DNA of 64,000 nt, taken from Ignavibacteriota bacterium. GTDB lineage: Bacteria; Bacteroidota; Ignavibacteria; UBA10030. The position numbers and the translations under genes are program-made. The notes under the pieces are model-generated. The model was not told the origin of the DNA and did no database searches. It worked only from the letters and a program-made list of their open reading frames with translations. Below are positions 1 through 9,626 of this stretch, in pieces. Positions within the stretch are counted from its first letter, which is position 1. The number at the start of each line of letters is the position of its first letter. Location: NCBI GenBank assembly GCA_963701295.1, contig OY969585.1, forward strand, positions 480,001 to 544,000, written 5' to 3'.

Positions 1-318
1 ACAGCAAGAACCGACTGCGCGGTGGGAGAGCCATTCAGAGAGGCGGATATATGTATCAATACTTAATGAAGTTAATTCGACCCCTGTGACACATCTGTTA
101 ATCGACTCAAAGACTCATAGGCTCTTAGACTCGACTTGCATTTTCTTGCTTTTCAAACCAAAAAATACCACACTAAAAAGAGAAGCAACTCAAATGCATA
201 AACCAACGCATGTTGCTTCACATTCTTTTTTTCCCAAAAACGCTTGAAACATTCTGTGTTTTAAGAGTGAATTAGCAAAGTATTTTCACTACTTTTAAAA
301 TATAGATGAAGAATACTT

Positions 319-1806
319 ATGAATAAATTTGAATTCAGTAATAAAGTCGTTGAGAACATTCTGCAGGAGTTGCGGAGGGCAAGGAAATACATAAGAATTG
401 CTGTATTTCAAATTCACCAAGAAGATGTTTTTGCTCTTTTAATCGAAAAACTTAAGCAAGGCGTAAGAGTTGAAATCATCACTCTTCCTTACGATTCAAT
501 TAATCTTGATGTACAGTTAAATGTTACTGCACACTTTGAGAAACTTAAATCCAATGGAGCTCGATTACATTTTTGTGGATGGAACGTTGGTGATCCTGAA
601 AGAACATCAACCGCAATCGGAAGATGGTATTCATTCCACGGAAAATTCATCGTTACTGACAAATCAGCAATTTCACTTTCAGCAAATTTTACAACTAAGA
701 ACGAACTTGATTGCAGTCTGATTTCAAATGACGCGAAAATGATTTCGCATTACAACTTCAAATTTGATGAGTTGTATAATCTTTTCGTAAAAGAAACAGA
801 TGGTTATTCAGGTTCAATCCGAAAAAAGGTTTTAGAGGCGAATCCAAATGCAAGCGAACTTTTCAAGTTGCCAAAAGTCATTGAAACCAAAACACACGAA
901 AGGCATTGGATTCATCACTACCCTTCTTCTCTTTGTCCTCAATTAGTACCAGCGGAAGACGGACTATTCATTGTTCCGTTTGATATTCGCGGAAGAAGCT
1001 TTTATGAGGAGAAAATTAAGAGCGCTAAGAAATTTGTTTTCATTTCAACCGAAAGTTTTACAGATACAGATTTTGCAGATTTCCTGATTAAAACTTCTCT
1101 TAAAGATTTACAGATAAATATTCTCACAGGAGCAACGAGCATGGACTTTGCAGACAGAATGCAAGCCATGCTTCGTGATTTACTTGCAAATAATATCAAA
1201 GTAAAAACTATCAATGACGATTTGCATGGCAAACTTTTACTCACCGACAAACATCTTGTTATAAGTTCAATCAACTTGAATAAGATGAATCTTGGCTTTA
1301 ATAAGACTAGTCAATTTTGGAGAGAAAACACGGAAACAATTACTGTATGCTCCGATAAAGCAGTAATCGTCGAAGCTAAGAAACAGTTCTCTACAACCTT
1401 TAAGAAAGCAATAGATATTGAAGATATATTGGTAAAGAAATTATTATCAAAAGTTGGAAATGTTTTTTCAAAATACTACGGAATCAAATCAGACAAAGAA
1501 GCGAAGAACTTGTTTGCAAAGTTTCTTTTAAGGCAGGAAATTTATGTAAAGAAATTAGCGACAACAGTTGCTAAAATTAGTGGGAGAATTATTACAAAGT
1601 TGAAAAAGAAAAAAGTATGTAAGAATGAATTTATTATGTCGTTAATCCTATATTTCCTTACAGAAAGGAAATTATCAAAGAATGAGATAAAGGATAAAAT
1701 TGATGTGCTGGATACTACTTATGATTTATCCTCATTAATAAAAATTCTTGTAGCAGAAAAATTTATTGAAAAAGATGGCGATTATTATAAAATTAAGATA
1801 ACCTGA
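319..1806 (+). CDS. Tandem phospholipase D-family (two HKD motifs) putative nuclease with C-terminal winged-helix-like segment
   Basis: HxKxxxxD motifs FHGKFIVTD (followed by SANFT) and LHGKLLLTD (followed by SSINLN); immediately upstream of a DNA methyltransferase. Confidence 0.75.
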   Translation: MNKFEFSNKVVENILQELRRARKYIRIAVFQIHQEDVFALLIEKLKQGVRVEIITLPYDSINLDVQLNVTAHFEKLKSNGARLHFCGWNVGDPERTSTAIGRWYSFHGKFIVTDKSAISLSANFTTKNELDCSLISNDAKMISHYNFKFDELYNLFVKETDGYSGSIRKKVLEANPNASELFKLPKVIETKTHERHWIHHYPSSLCPQLVPAEDGLFIVPFDIRGRSFYEEKIKSAKKFVFISTESFTDTDFADFLIKTSLKDLQINILTGATSMDFADRMQAMLRDLLANNIKVKTINDDLHGKLLLTDKHLVISSINLNKMNLGFNKTSQFWRENTETITVCSDKAVIVEAKKQFSTTFKKAIDIEDILVKKLLSKVGNVFSKYYGIKSDKEAKNLFAKFLLRQEIYVKKLATTVAKISGRIITKLKKKKVCKNEFIMSLILYFLTERKLSKNEIKDKIDVLDTTYDLSSLIKILVAEKFIEKDGDYYKIKIT

Positions 1807-1818
1807 GAATAAATTTAA

Positions 1819-2703
1819 ATGAATAGTGAACTAATAAAAGGAAATTGTTTAGCGTTTCTAAAAGGCAAATTAGAGCGATATTTTGATTTGACATTTCTGG
1901 ACCCACCTTTTAATCAAGGTAAATATTATGAAGGGCATGACGACAATATGGATGCAAACGAATATTGGAAATGGATGAAAGAAATATGTTATCATATATT
2001 CCAACACACAGAAGAAGGTGGTTGCATCTATTTTATGCAACGAGAAAAAAACACTCAATATGTTTTAGATACATTATCGACAACTGGTTGGCATTTCCAG
2101 AATATCATTATTTGGAAAAAGAAATCTTCGGCTGTTCCTCAAAACAACAGGTTCGGGAAGCAATATCAAGTGATTGCCTTTGCGACAAAAGGAAATCCAC
2201 CCCGGGTATTTAACAAACTTAGAATTGACCCGCCGCTCTTGGTAACAGAAAAATATGCAAGGGAGAACGGAATGTATGTAACTGATGTTTGGGATGACAT
2301 CCGAGAATTAACCTCTGGTTACTTTGCAGGGGACGAACCATTAAGAGTTGAAGACGGTTCACGTCTCCATAAACAACAAGCACCAGTTCAATTATTGGCT
2401 AGAATAATTTTAAGTTCCTCTAAAGTTGGTGATTTAATCTTTGATCCGTTTGCAGGAACAGCAACTACTCTAGTTGTTGCAAAACAATTGTTGAGAAATT
2501 CAATTGGGATTGAATTGAATCCATTAAACATAGAGAGCGCAGAAAAAAGATTGTCTGAATTAAGGAACAGCGATAATATTTTAAAATTCCGCAACGATTA
2601 TCGATACACGGAAGGACTCGATGATATTTGGAGAGTAACCGACAAACCATCTATTCCATTGCCTGTTAAATCAAAAGATGGAACACTTGCATTTAAGTTT
2701 TAA
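1819..2703 (+). CDS. N6-adenine/N4-cytosine DNA methyltransferase, beta class
   Basis: Catalytic motif IV LDPPFN near the N-terminus; SAM-binding motif I DPFAGTATT near the C-terminus; IIIWKK and TDVWDD motifs. Confidence 0.93.
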   Translation: MNSELIKGNCLAFLKGKLERYFDLTFLDPPFNQGKYYEGHDDNMDANEYWKWMKEICYHIFQHTEEGGCIYFMQREKNTQYVLDTLSTTGWHFQNIIIWKKKSSAVPQNNRFGKQYQVIAFATKGNPPRVFNKLRIDPPLLVTEKYARENGMYVTDVWDDIRELTSGYFAGDEPLRVEDGSRLHKQQAPVQLLARIILSSSKVGDLIFDPFAGTATTLVVAKQLLRNSIGIELNPLNIESAEKRLSELRNSDNILKFRNDYRYTEGLDDIWRVTDKPSIPLPVKSKDGTLAFKF

Positions 2704-2807
2704 AGTCTCACACCTCTTAACCTCAGCGAGTTCGTCACCACACTCACGGAACTCAGCGCCATTGCCCCTGCAGCAAACATAGAGTTGAGTAAACCCATCG
2801 CCGCCAA
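2700..2807 (-). repeat. Copy of the copA 3' end (last 36 codons including stop)
   Basis: Matches 5863-5970 with 7 substitutions; reads [35 protein letters not shown]. Confidence 0.95.
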
Positions 2808-2825
2808 CTAAGGGAGCTCAAAAAA

Positions 2826-4010
2826 CTACATGATTAAAGATCTCTCCATTGCATCTCCAACTTTTCTGGAAGAGCCGGCGCGAAGCTCATTTATAATTCC
2901 GGGTATTATATCTGTTACAGTATTCACTTCTTCTTCTGTTGTGTAACGGCTCAATGAAAACCGTATCGATCCGTGAATAGCATCATCCGGCACTCCCATT
3001 GCCCGCAAAACATGACTCGGCTCGGAAGAACCTGATGAACATGCCGATCCGGCTGAAGCGCAAATGCCGTATGTATCAAGTCGATGTAAAAGAGCCTCGC
3101 TGTCAACATGAGAAAAACTTATACTTGACGTATTCGCCAAACGCTCTGAATCACAGCCATTGATAAATATGCCTGAACATGTACTCTTCAACTTTAATTC
3201 TAAAAGGTCCCTGAGCCCGGCAACACCCGTCTGTTCGCATGCAATATTTTCCAGGGCAAGCTCGCATGCTTTTCCGAGGGCAGCAATCGATGCCAGGTTC
3301 TCGGTGCCGGCTCTCTTTCCGCATTCCTGATGGCCGCCTAATAAATAGGGAAAAAACTTGCAGCCTTTTCTTACATACAGTACACCGATACCTTTCGGCG
3401 CATGCAGTTTGTGGCCCGACATTGAGAGCATATCCACACCAAGCTTTTTCACATCTATTGGGACCTTCCCGACAGCCTGAACCGCATCGGTATGAAAGAG
3501 TATTCCGCGTTCACGGCACATCGCACCAATTTCTGCGATCGGAAAAATTACACCGGTCTCATTGTTCGCATACATGATTGAAACTATTACAGGTTCGTCA
3601 TCAATTGCATTCATGAATGCATCGATATCAAGCCTTCCCGCTCTATCGACCGGCAAATAGGTGGCTTTATATCCTTTCTGTTCCAAATGCTTTACAAGAT
3701 TAAGAACTGCAGGATGTTCTACTTGAGATGTGATTATATGCCGTTTATTTTCACCTAACTGAATCGCGCTTGAAATCGCTGTATTATCACTTTCCGTTCC
3801 GCAGCTTGTAAAAATTATTTCCTCCGGCTCTGCGCCTATCAGTAATGCGACATTTTCTCTGGCCTGCTCTATTTTGTAATAAAGATTTCTGCCAAAGGAA
3901 TGACTGCTCGAAGGATTGCCGTATGATTCTTTTAAGTAAGGGAGCATTTCGTTCAAAACCTCGGGCGAAATAGCAGTAGTAGCGTTATTGTCCAGATATA
4001 TGGTTTTCAT
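2826..4010 (-). CDS. nifS: Group I cysteine desulfurase (NifS/IscS type)
   Basis: YLDNNATT, HTDAVQ, PLP-lysine motif SGHKLHAPKG, catalytic SAGSACSSGS. Confidence 0.92.
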   Translation of the reverse strand: MKTIYLDNNATTAISPEVLNEMLPYLKESYGNPSSSHSFGRNLYYKIEQARENVALLIGAEPEEIIFTSCGTESDNTAISSAIQLGENKRHIITSQVEHPAVLNLVKHLEQKGYKATYLPVDRAGRLDIDAFMNAIDDEPVIVSIMYANNETGVIFPIAEIGAMCRERGILFHTDAVQAVGKVPIDVKKLGVDMLSMSGHKLHAPKGIGVLYVRKGCKFFPYLLGGHQECGKRAGTENLASIAALGKACELALENIACEQTGVAGLRDLLELKLKSTCSGIFINGCDSERLANTSSISFSHVDSEALLHRLDTYGICASAGSACSSGSSEPSHVLRAMGVPDDAIHGSIRFSLSRYTTEEEVNTVTDIIPGIINELRAGSSRKVGDAMERSLIM

Positions 4011-4029
4011 TTTTTCTCTCTTTGAGTTT

Positions 4030-4464
4030 TCATGAACATCTTACATTTTCTTTCTGAAGAATCTCATATAATATGCCGGCCGCCTCGGCGGTTAATTTTT
4101 TGCAATCCAGTTTGATTTTCTGTTTCTCCATCAAATCCAGAATTTTTTGACAATTTGTGGAACTAAAATTTTTTAAAAACTGATTCCTGAATTCAGCTGA
4201 CAATGAATACACCTTTTGTTTATCATCACTTGGATCCTCCCGTCCAAACAAGCAGCCCAGGGCTATAATGCCGCCGGTCAAAGCTCCGCAGGTCTCGCAA
4301 TGGGATCTGCCGATTCCCCCGCCAAAACCGGAGGCAAATTTTGTAATACCTGGATCCGGTTCTTTATTATACAATTCCACAAACGATTTTAGAATTGCCT
4401 CAGCACAGTTGAATCCTGAGTGGAGAAACGTAAAGGTCTTCTGTTCAATATCTACCTTTGTCAT
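4030..4464 (-). CDS. C-GCAxxG-C-C family putative redox protein
   Basis: FNCAEA, GFGGGIG, TCGALTGG and two downstream Cys residues. Confidence 0.88.
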   Translation of the reverse strand: MTKVDIEQKTFTFLHSGFNCAEAILKSFVELYNKEPDPGITKFASGFGGGIGRSHCETCGALTGGIIALGCLFGREDPSDDKQKVYSLSAEFRNQFLKNFSSTNCQKILDLMEKQKIKLDCKKLTAEAAGILYEILQKENVRCS

Positions 4465-4580
4465 GATTTTTCTCCTTAAATTATTGCGTATTTAGAAAGT
4501 TGAATTTTTACGATTATAAGTCTATATTTATATTAATCAATCGGAAACGTTGTGTCAATAGTCCAATATTGATACTGTAA

Positions 4581-4595
4581 ATCGGATAAATCGAT
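4581..4595. promoter_or_regulatory. Putative LysR binding box
   Basis: ATCG-N7-CGAT dyad (contains T-N11-A) in the divergent intergenic region. Confidence 0.45.
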
Positions 4596-4616
4596 AGATA
4601 AAGGGCTATTAAAATT

Positions 4617-5519
4617 TTGGATATAAAGCAATTATTCACTTTTAGAACAATAGCAGCGCTTGGCAGTTTCAACAAGGCCGCAGATGCGCTTAACTATGCA
4701 CAATCGACGGTATCCGAGCAAATCAAAGCGCTTGAAGGAGAATTGAGTGTAAAGCTATTCAATAGAGATGGAAAATATATATCGCTCACTCCGGCGGGTG
4801 AACTTTTTCTACAATACGCTCAAAAGATGATAAACCTTGAAGAAGAGATTCGAACGGAAATAAAAGGAAGCGAAGAAGTTCATGGTTCTTTATCAATTAG
4901 AATTCCAGAAACCATCAGTACCTATTACCTGCCTCCGGTTTTAAAAATATTTAAGAGCCGTTTTCCCCATGTTGATTTTCATTTTAATTCCTGCTCTTCT
5001 TATGGGTTACATGAAGAATTGCGTTCCGGAATAATTAATCTCGCATTTTTGATAACCAAGGACTTCCGGGATGTTGATTTAGAAACACATACTTTAATGG
5101 AAGTTCCGTTAATGATGGTTACATACCCGAAAAATCCAATTGCAGCAAAATCCATTGTGCAGCTAACCGATATAAAAAATGAACCCATATTTGTGACGTC
5201 CAGTGATTGCAGCTATTTCAAAATATTGGAAGAACTTTTTATCAATAAGAAAATCAAGATGTCAACATTATACCGTATCAACAGCATTGAAGCAATAAAG
5301 CAAAATATTGCTGCAGGTACCGGAATCGCCCTTCTTTCAAAGATAGCCGTGCATGAAGAAATATCGAAAGGTTCACTTGTTGAATTGCCTTTGGAAAAAG
5401 GACCTTCGAGCGCCAACATGCTCATGATCCGCTTAAAAAATAAATGGCATCCGCCTATTTTGGAAGCATTTATGGAAATAATGAAAGAAACTTTATCCCT
5501 ACAGCTTCACCCCTCGTAG
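4617..5519 (+). CDS. LysR family transcriptional regulator
   Basis: HTH motif GSFNKAADALNYAQSTVSEQIKALE, LTPAGE, substrate-binding domain; the last codons overlap the antisense copA repeat. Confidence 0.93.
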   Translation: MDIKQLFTFRTIAALGSFNKAADALNYAQSTVSEQIKALEGELSVKLFNRDGKYISLTPAGELFLQYAQKMINLEEEIRTEIKGSEEVHGSLSIRIPETISTYYLPPVLKIFKSRFPHVDFHFNSCSSYGLHEELRSGIINLAFLITKDFRDVDLETHTLMEVPLMMVTYPKNPIAAKSIVQLTDIKNEPIFVTSSDCSYFKILEELFINKKIKMSTLYRINSIEAIKQNIAAGTGIALLSKIAVHEEISKGSLVELPLEKGPSSANMLMIRLKNKWHPPILEAFMEIMKETLSLQLHPS

Positions 5520-5592
5520 CCTCAGCGAATTCGTTACTACACTTACAGAACTCAACGCCATTGCTCCTGCGGCAAACATCGGGTTAAGTAAA
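5499..5592 (-). repeat. Second copy of the copA 3' end (31 codons including stop)
   Basis: 11 substitutions versus copA, all synonymous; encodes [30 protein letters not shown]. Confidence 0.95.
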
Positions 5593-5862
5593 ATTCTTTT
5601 ACTTGCGCCTGCGAAATCGATAGAAGTATACTGGGCTAAGGCGCGAGAGTACTTATTATATCCGATTGATACGTTCTAAACATATTACTCATTGTATCCT
5701 GAATCCGAACTCCACCTTGAGATAACACATTTCGATTTCGCATGCGTTTCTTTCTGCTGCTTTCTTTTCGCCAAAAGAAAGCAGCATTAAGCACAATTCA
5801 CATATCAGTTTTAAGTTACATGTTTCCTGGATTCCCGCCTTCGCAGAAGAGAAAGTAACACC

Positions 5863-8121
5863 CTACAGTTTCACCCCTCGTAACCTCAGCGAGTTCGTCA
5901 CCACACTCACGGAACTCAGCGCCATTGCCCCTGCAGCAAACATCGGGTTGAGTAAACCCATCGCCGCCAAGGGAATGCCGATACTATTATAGACAAATGC
6001 CCAGAAAAGATTCTGCTTGATCGTGCGCATTGTCTGTCGGGAAAGCCGGATTGCCCGGAGAACTCCTCTGAGATCGGATTTCATCAAGGTAATATCCGCC
6101 GTTTCCATGGCTATATCCGTGCCGGTTCCTACGGCAATGCCTACATCTGCCTGCGCCAGCGAAGGCGCATCATTCATCCCGTCGCCCACCATTGCCACGA
6201 TCTTCCCCGCCGACTGAAGTTCTTTTATTTTCGCGGCTTTATCCTGTGGCAAAATTTCCGCAAACACTTTTTCGATACCGGCTTGTGCGGCAATTGCGCG
6301 CGCTGTGCGGGAGTTATCGCCCGTGAGCAGAACGAGTTCGAATCCCATTTCTTTCAATTCCGCTGCCGCTTTTTCCGATGCAGGATGAAGCGTATCCGCA
6401 ACGGCAATGATACCGAGAAGTTTGCCATCGGCGGCAACTAAAATTGACGTTTTGCCTTGCTCCGAGAATCGGAGGATTGCGCTCGATGCAATCGCGGTAT
6501 CGATGGATGCATCCCGCATCATCTTCTCGCTCCCCACCGCCGCCTTTCTGCCGATCACAGTTCCCTCGACTCCAAATCCCGTGAGAGAGCGGAAGGAATC
6601 CGTTTCAACCAACACAAGAGAACGATTTGTTGCTTCCCGCACAATGGCTGTACCCAGCGGATGCTCGGATTTTTTTTCCAGCGAAGCCGCCAAACGCAGG
6701 ACTATCTGTTCATCGATACCATCAAAGCCTTGAATGTCCGTTACGGAAGGCGTGCCGGAAGTGATAGTACCGGTCTTATCAAACACAATCGTATTTATTT
6801 TATGCGCCCGCTCTAGACTTTCGGCATTTTTGATCAGCACACCGAGCGTCGCACCTCTGCCGGTACCGACCATAATCGCCGTGGGGGTTGCAAGTCCGAG
6901 TGTGCACGGGCACGCAATAACAAGAACCGCAATGGCATTCATCAAAGCTGATGCAAGACCAATTCCAAGAACGATATACCAAACGCAAAACGCCGCGAGA
7001 GCAATCACCATTACAACAGGCACAAAGACAGAAGCAATTTTGTCGGCAAGATGCTGAATGGGAGCTTTGGAGCCCTGCGCTTCTTCGACAAGCTTTGCAA
7101 TGTGCGCAACAACCGTATCCGCGCCGACAGCAGAGGCACGGAATTCAAAACTTCCGTTTCGGTTAATCGTACCGCCGATTACCTTATCGCCGATGCTTTT
7201 TTCAACGGGAATACTTTCGCCGCTCACCATCGACTCATCGACGGAAGAAGAACCTTTGAGGATCAAGCCGTCGACCGGAATGCGTTCGCCGGGCCGCATG
7301 ATTAAGACATCACCGACAGTAACATACGCAATCGGAATTTCAAACTCTGTATAGTCTTTCATGATCCGTGCAGTCTTCGGCTGAAGTCCCAATAATAGTT
7401 TTATGGAATCGGATGCCTTGTGTTTTGCGCGGGCTTCGAGCATCCTTCCCATCAAAATGAGCGTAATAATGACAGCCGCTGAATCGAAATAGACATTATA
7501 GAGATTCGTGCCCGCTGGAAACCATTGCGGGAAAAGCACAACAGCGGCGCTGCAGAGAAATGCCGCTCCGGTGCCGACAGCAACCAGGGTATTCATATCC
7601 GCCGCAAAATGTTTTGCCAGTTTCCATGCAGGTTTGAAAAAACGTTTTCCGGAAATAAACATCACCGGTATCGTGAGAATAAGCAAAAGTCTATTGACTT
7701 CATCCATCGATAAAAGAACGAGGGTCATAAACCACACGGTCATGCTCAGCATATTGATCAGCACGATGGGAACGGTAAATATGAGGCTGAGGAAAAATTC
7801 ACTCTTGAGCTGGCGGTAGGATTTTTCTTGATGAGAATCTTCCGAAGACTGCCCTCGTACTTGACTAAGAGAATCTTCGGAAGATTTCCGAGGCAGGACT
7901 AATTGATATCCTGCACCATCAACAGCTTTTGCGAGTTCTTCGAGAGACGTTTTTTCCGGATCGAATGAGAGCGCAACTGCTTCCGTTGCAAGATTGACAC
8001 TGGCGGTTTCAACGCCGTCGATTTTCTTCAGTGTTTTTTCGACCCGTGCAACACAGCTTGCGCACGTCATTCCTTCCACGGGCAGCGTCAATGTTTCTAT
8101 ATGATGAGCAGGCTCATTCAT
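5863..8121 (-). CDS. copA: Copper-translocating P1B-type ATPase
   Basis: GMTCASC metal-binding domain, CPC motif, DKTGT phosphorylation site, SEHP, GDGxND, YN and MxxSS Cu(I) motifs. Confidence 0.96.
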   Translation of the reverse strand: MNEPAHHIETLTLPVEGMTCASCVARVEKTLKKIDGVETASVNLATEAVALSFDPEKTSLEELAKAVDGAGYQLVLPRKSSEDSLSQVRGQSSEDSHQEKSYRQLKSEFFLSLIFTVPIVLINMLSMTVWFMTLVLLSMDEVNRLLLILTIPVMFISGKRFFKPAWKLAKHFAADMNTLVAVGTGAAFLCSAAVVLFPQWFPAGTNLYNVYFDSAAVIITLILMGRMLEARAKHKASDSIKLLLGLQPKTARIMKDYTEFEIPIAYVTVGDVLIMRPGERIPVDGLILKGSSSVDESMVSGESIPVEKSIGDKVIGGTINRNGSFEFRASAVGADTVVAHIAKLVEEAQGSKAPIQHLADKIASVFVPVVMVIALAAFCVWYIVLGIGLASALMNAIAVLVIACPCTLGLATPTAIMVGTGRGATLGVLIKNAESLERAHKINTIVFDKTGTITSGTPSVTDIQGFDGIDEQIVLRLAASLEKKSEHPLGTAIVREATNRSLVLVETDSFRSLTGFGVEGTVIGRKAAVGSEKMMRDASIDTAIASSAILRFSEQGKTSILVAADGKLLGIIAVADTLHPASEKAAAELKEMGFELVLLTGDNSRTARAIAAQAGIEKVFAEILPQDKAAKIKELQSAGKIVAMVGDGMNDAPSLAQADVGIAVGTGTDIAMETADITLMKSDLRGVLRAIRLSRQTMRTIKQNLFWAFVYNSIGIPLAAMGLLNPMFAAGAMALSSVSVVTNSLRLRGVKL

Positions 8122-8324
8122 TGAATCGAAATAACTTTGTATCCGGCTTCTTCTATTTTCTCGGAAAGAACTTTGATGACATTTTGATCGTCATACCAGA
8201 CTCGCGCTTTGCCGACCTGCACATCTTCGACTTCCAATCCATCGACTGAGTCGAGTGCTTGCTTCACATGCGACACACAGTGACTGCAGCTCATTCCCTG
8301 TATCGTTAATTCGTGAGATTTCAT
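8118..8324 (-). CDS. copZ: Copper chaperone (HMA domain)
   Basis: GMSCSHC motif, 68 aa, overlaps the copA start. Confidence 0.9.
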   Translation of the reverse strand: MKSHELTIQGMSCSHCVSHVKQALDSVDGLEVEDVQVGKARVWYDDQNVIKVLSEKIEEAGYKVISIQ

Positions 8325-8411
8325 ACATTTTCCTTTTTCTTCTATGAGATGCTCTATGTTTACAAAACGGCTCTTTTCATCATGAACAATGGAACCATGA
8401 AGATGGTTTCA

Positions 8412-8439
8412 GTAGTGGCGATTCATGAATCGCCACTAC
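8412..8439. repeat. GTAG-type REP palindrome
   Basis: Perfect 28-bp palindrome GTAGTGGCGATTCATGAATCGCCACTAC. Confidence 0.9.
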
Positions 8440-8487
8440 AATTTAAAAACGGCACCGGATATTTTCAACATTTCCCGGCAATAAACC

Positions 8488-9057
8488 TTATATCTTTCCC
8501 TTCAACGGATTTTCATTATCATATAACCATTTCACCGGATTATTCATAATATAATCCCGGATGTTGTTTAGATCTTTATCGCTGCGGATGATGTGCTCGT
8601 GATAATTGCGTTGCCATACGGAATTTCCCGATGTATTCCGGAAAAGATTTATTCCTTTTGCCGAAGTCATCTTGAACCGTCCGATGATTTTGGATAATGT
8701 CATTTTCCTTCGCTGTTGTTGTGTCGTTGGTAGGGGCGATTCATGAATCGCCCCTACAGGTTCGGTTAAAGCAATGATGCCATGGATATGATTCGGCATT
8801 ATGACAAATCCGTCTAATTCCACATTCTGATAATACGCTGATATCTCCTCCCAACATTTCTTTACTATTTCTCCTTCCGGAGATAATCGCATCATCTCTT
8901 CCTCAATTTCACCGAAAATACATCCATGATTATGTGTACATATCGTGACAAAATATTCTCCAGGAGATGAATAATCATACTCTTTTAACCGAATAGAACG
9001 GCGCTTGTATCTGTTGATACTGTCCAACGATTGACGTACCGGTAGTAATTCTTTCAT
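8488..9057 (-). mobile_element. REP-associated tyrosine (Y1/HUH) transposase, RAYT
   Basis: RRSIRL..YDYS..G.YFVTICT, HUH motif MPNHIHGII, WQRNYHEHIIR, YIMNNP; REP palindromes inside and downstream. Confidence 0.92.
8730..8757. repeat. GTAG-type REP palindrome inside the RAYT coding sequence
   Basis: Perfect palindrome GTAGGGGCGATTCATGAATCGCCCCTAC, translated in frame as VGAIHESPL. Confidence 0.9.
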
Positions 9058-9182
9058 TATCTATTTAATCTAAAGGAACAAATAAGATGGTTTTAGAGTT
9101 CATATATATAGACAAAGAGTATAGGCGATCATTTTCAATGTTTCTTGACAATCACGTGAACTTATAATACTTTAATATTGAG

Positions 9183-9488
9183 ATGAAAATCAAGATTTAC
9201 AAGCCTATTCTTCGAGCAAAAAAATACTTGCCGCTTTTATTGCTTGTCGTGCTGCTTTCAAGCATGGCTATCGCATCTTTTCATAATCACCATTGTACTG
9301 AAAATTCCGATAATTGCATCGCTTGCAGTTTACAGTATTCATTCTCTACTATGACGATTGAATCGGCAGCCCACAGCACTGTGCTCCCGCGGCCGCTTTC
9401 TGAATCTCTCGTCACCCTGAACGAGAAAATTACAGATCCATCTCAAAAAATTGTTTGTTCTTCTCACGCCCCTCCTCAATTCAGCTAA
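9183..9488 (+). CDS. DUF2946/CruR-like leader protein (signal segment, His cluster, CxxC, C-terminal HAPP)
   Basis: Hydrophobic N-terminus, HNHHC, CIAC, ends SHAPPQFS*; first ORF before a metal-uptake operon. Confidence 0.7.
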   Translation: MKIKIYKPILRAKKYLPLLLLVVLLSSMAIASFHNHHCTENSDNCIACSLQYSFSTMTIESAAHSTVLPRPLSESLVTLNEKITDPSQKIVCSSHAPPQFS

Positions 9489-9626
9489 TCCCTTAATAAA
9501 GAATTTTATCGCTTTCTCTTGCTGCCGTGAAGAGCAGCGGGATTCGGTTTATGTGATATTGCACGATGCGCAATCATATTCTTGTCATTGCCCATAGTGG
9601 TATTACAATAATTTTAAGGAGTTCCT

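Noticed and set aside
1-140. Possible gene tail (…RAIQRGG…*) and short GACTC-based tandem repeats
   Set aside because: Too short and degenerate to assign without upstream sequence
2700-5970. CRISPR array or DGR template/variable repeat interpretation of the copA repeats
   Set aside because: Repeats are ~100 bp with irregular spacing up to kilobases, changes are synonymous rather than adenine-specific, and no cas or reverse transcriptase gene is present
8313-8549. 78-aa plus-strand ORF containing VVAIHESPL
   Set aside because: Incidental translation of the REP palindrome, antisense to the flanking genes
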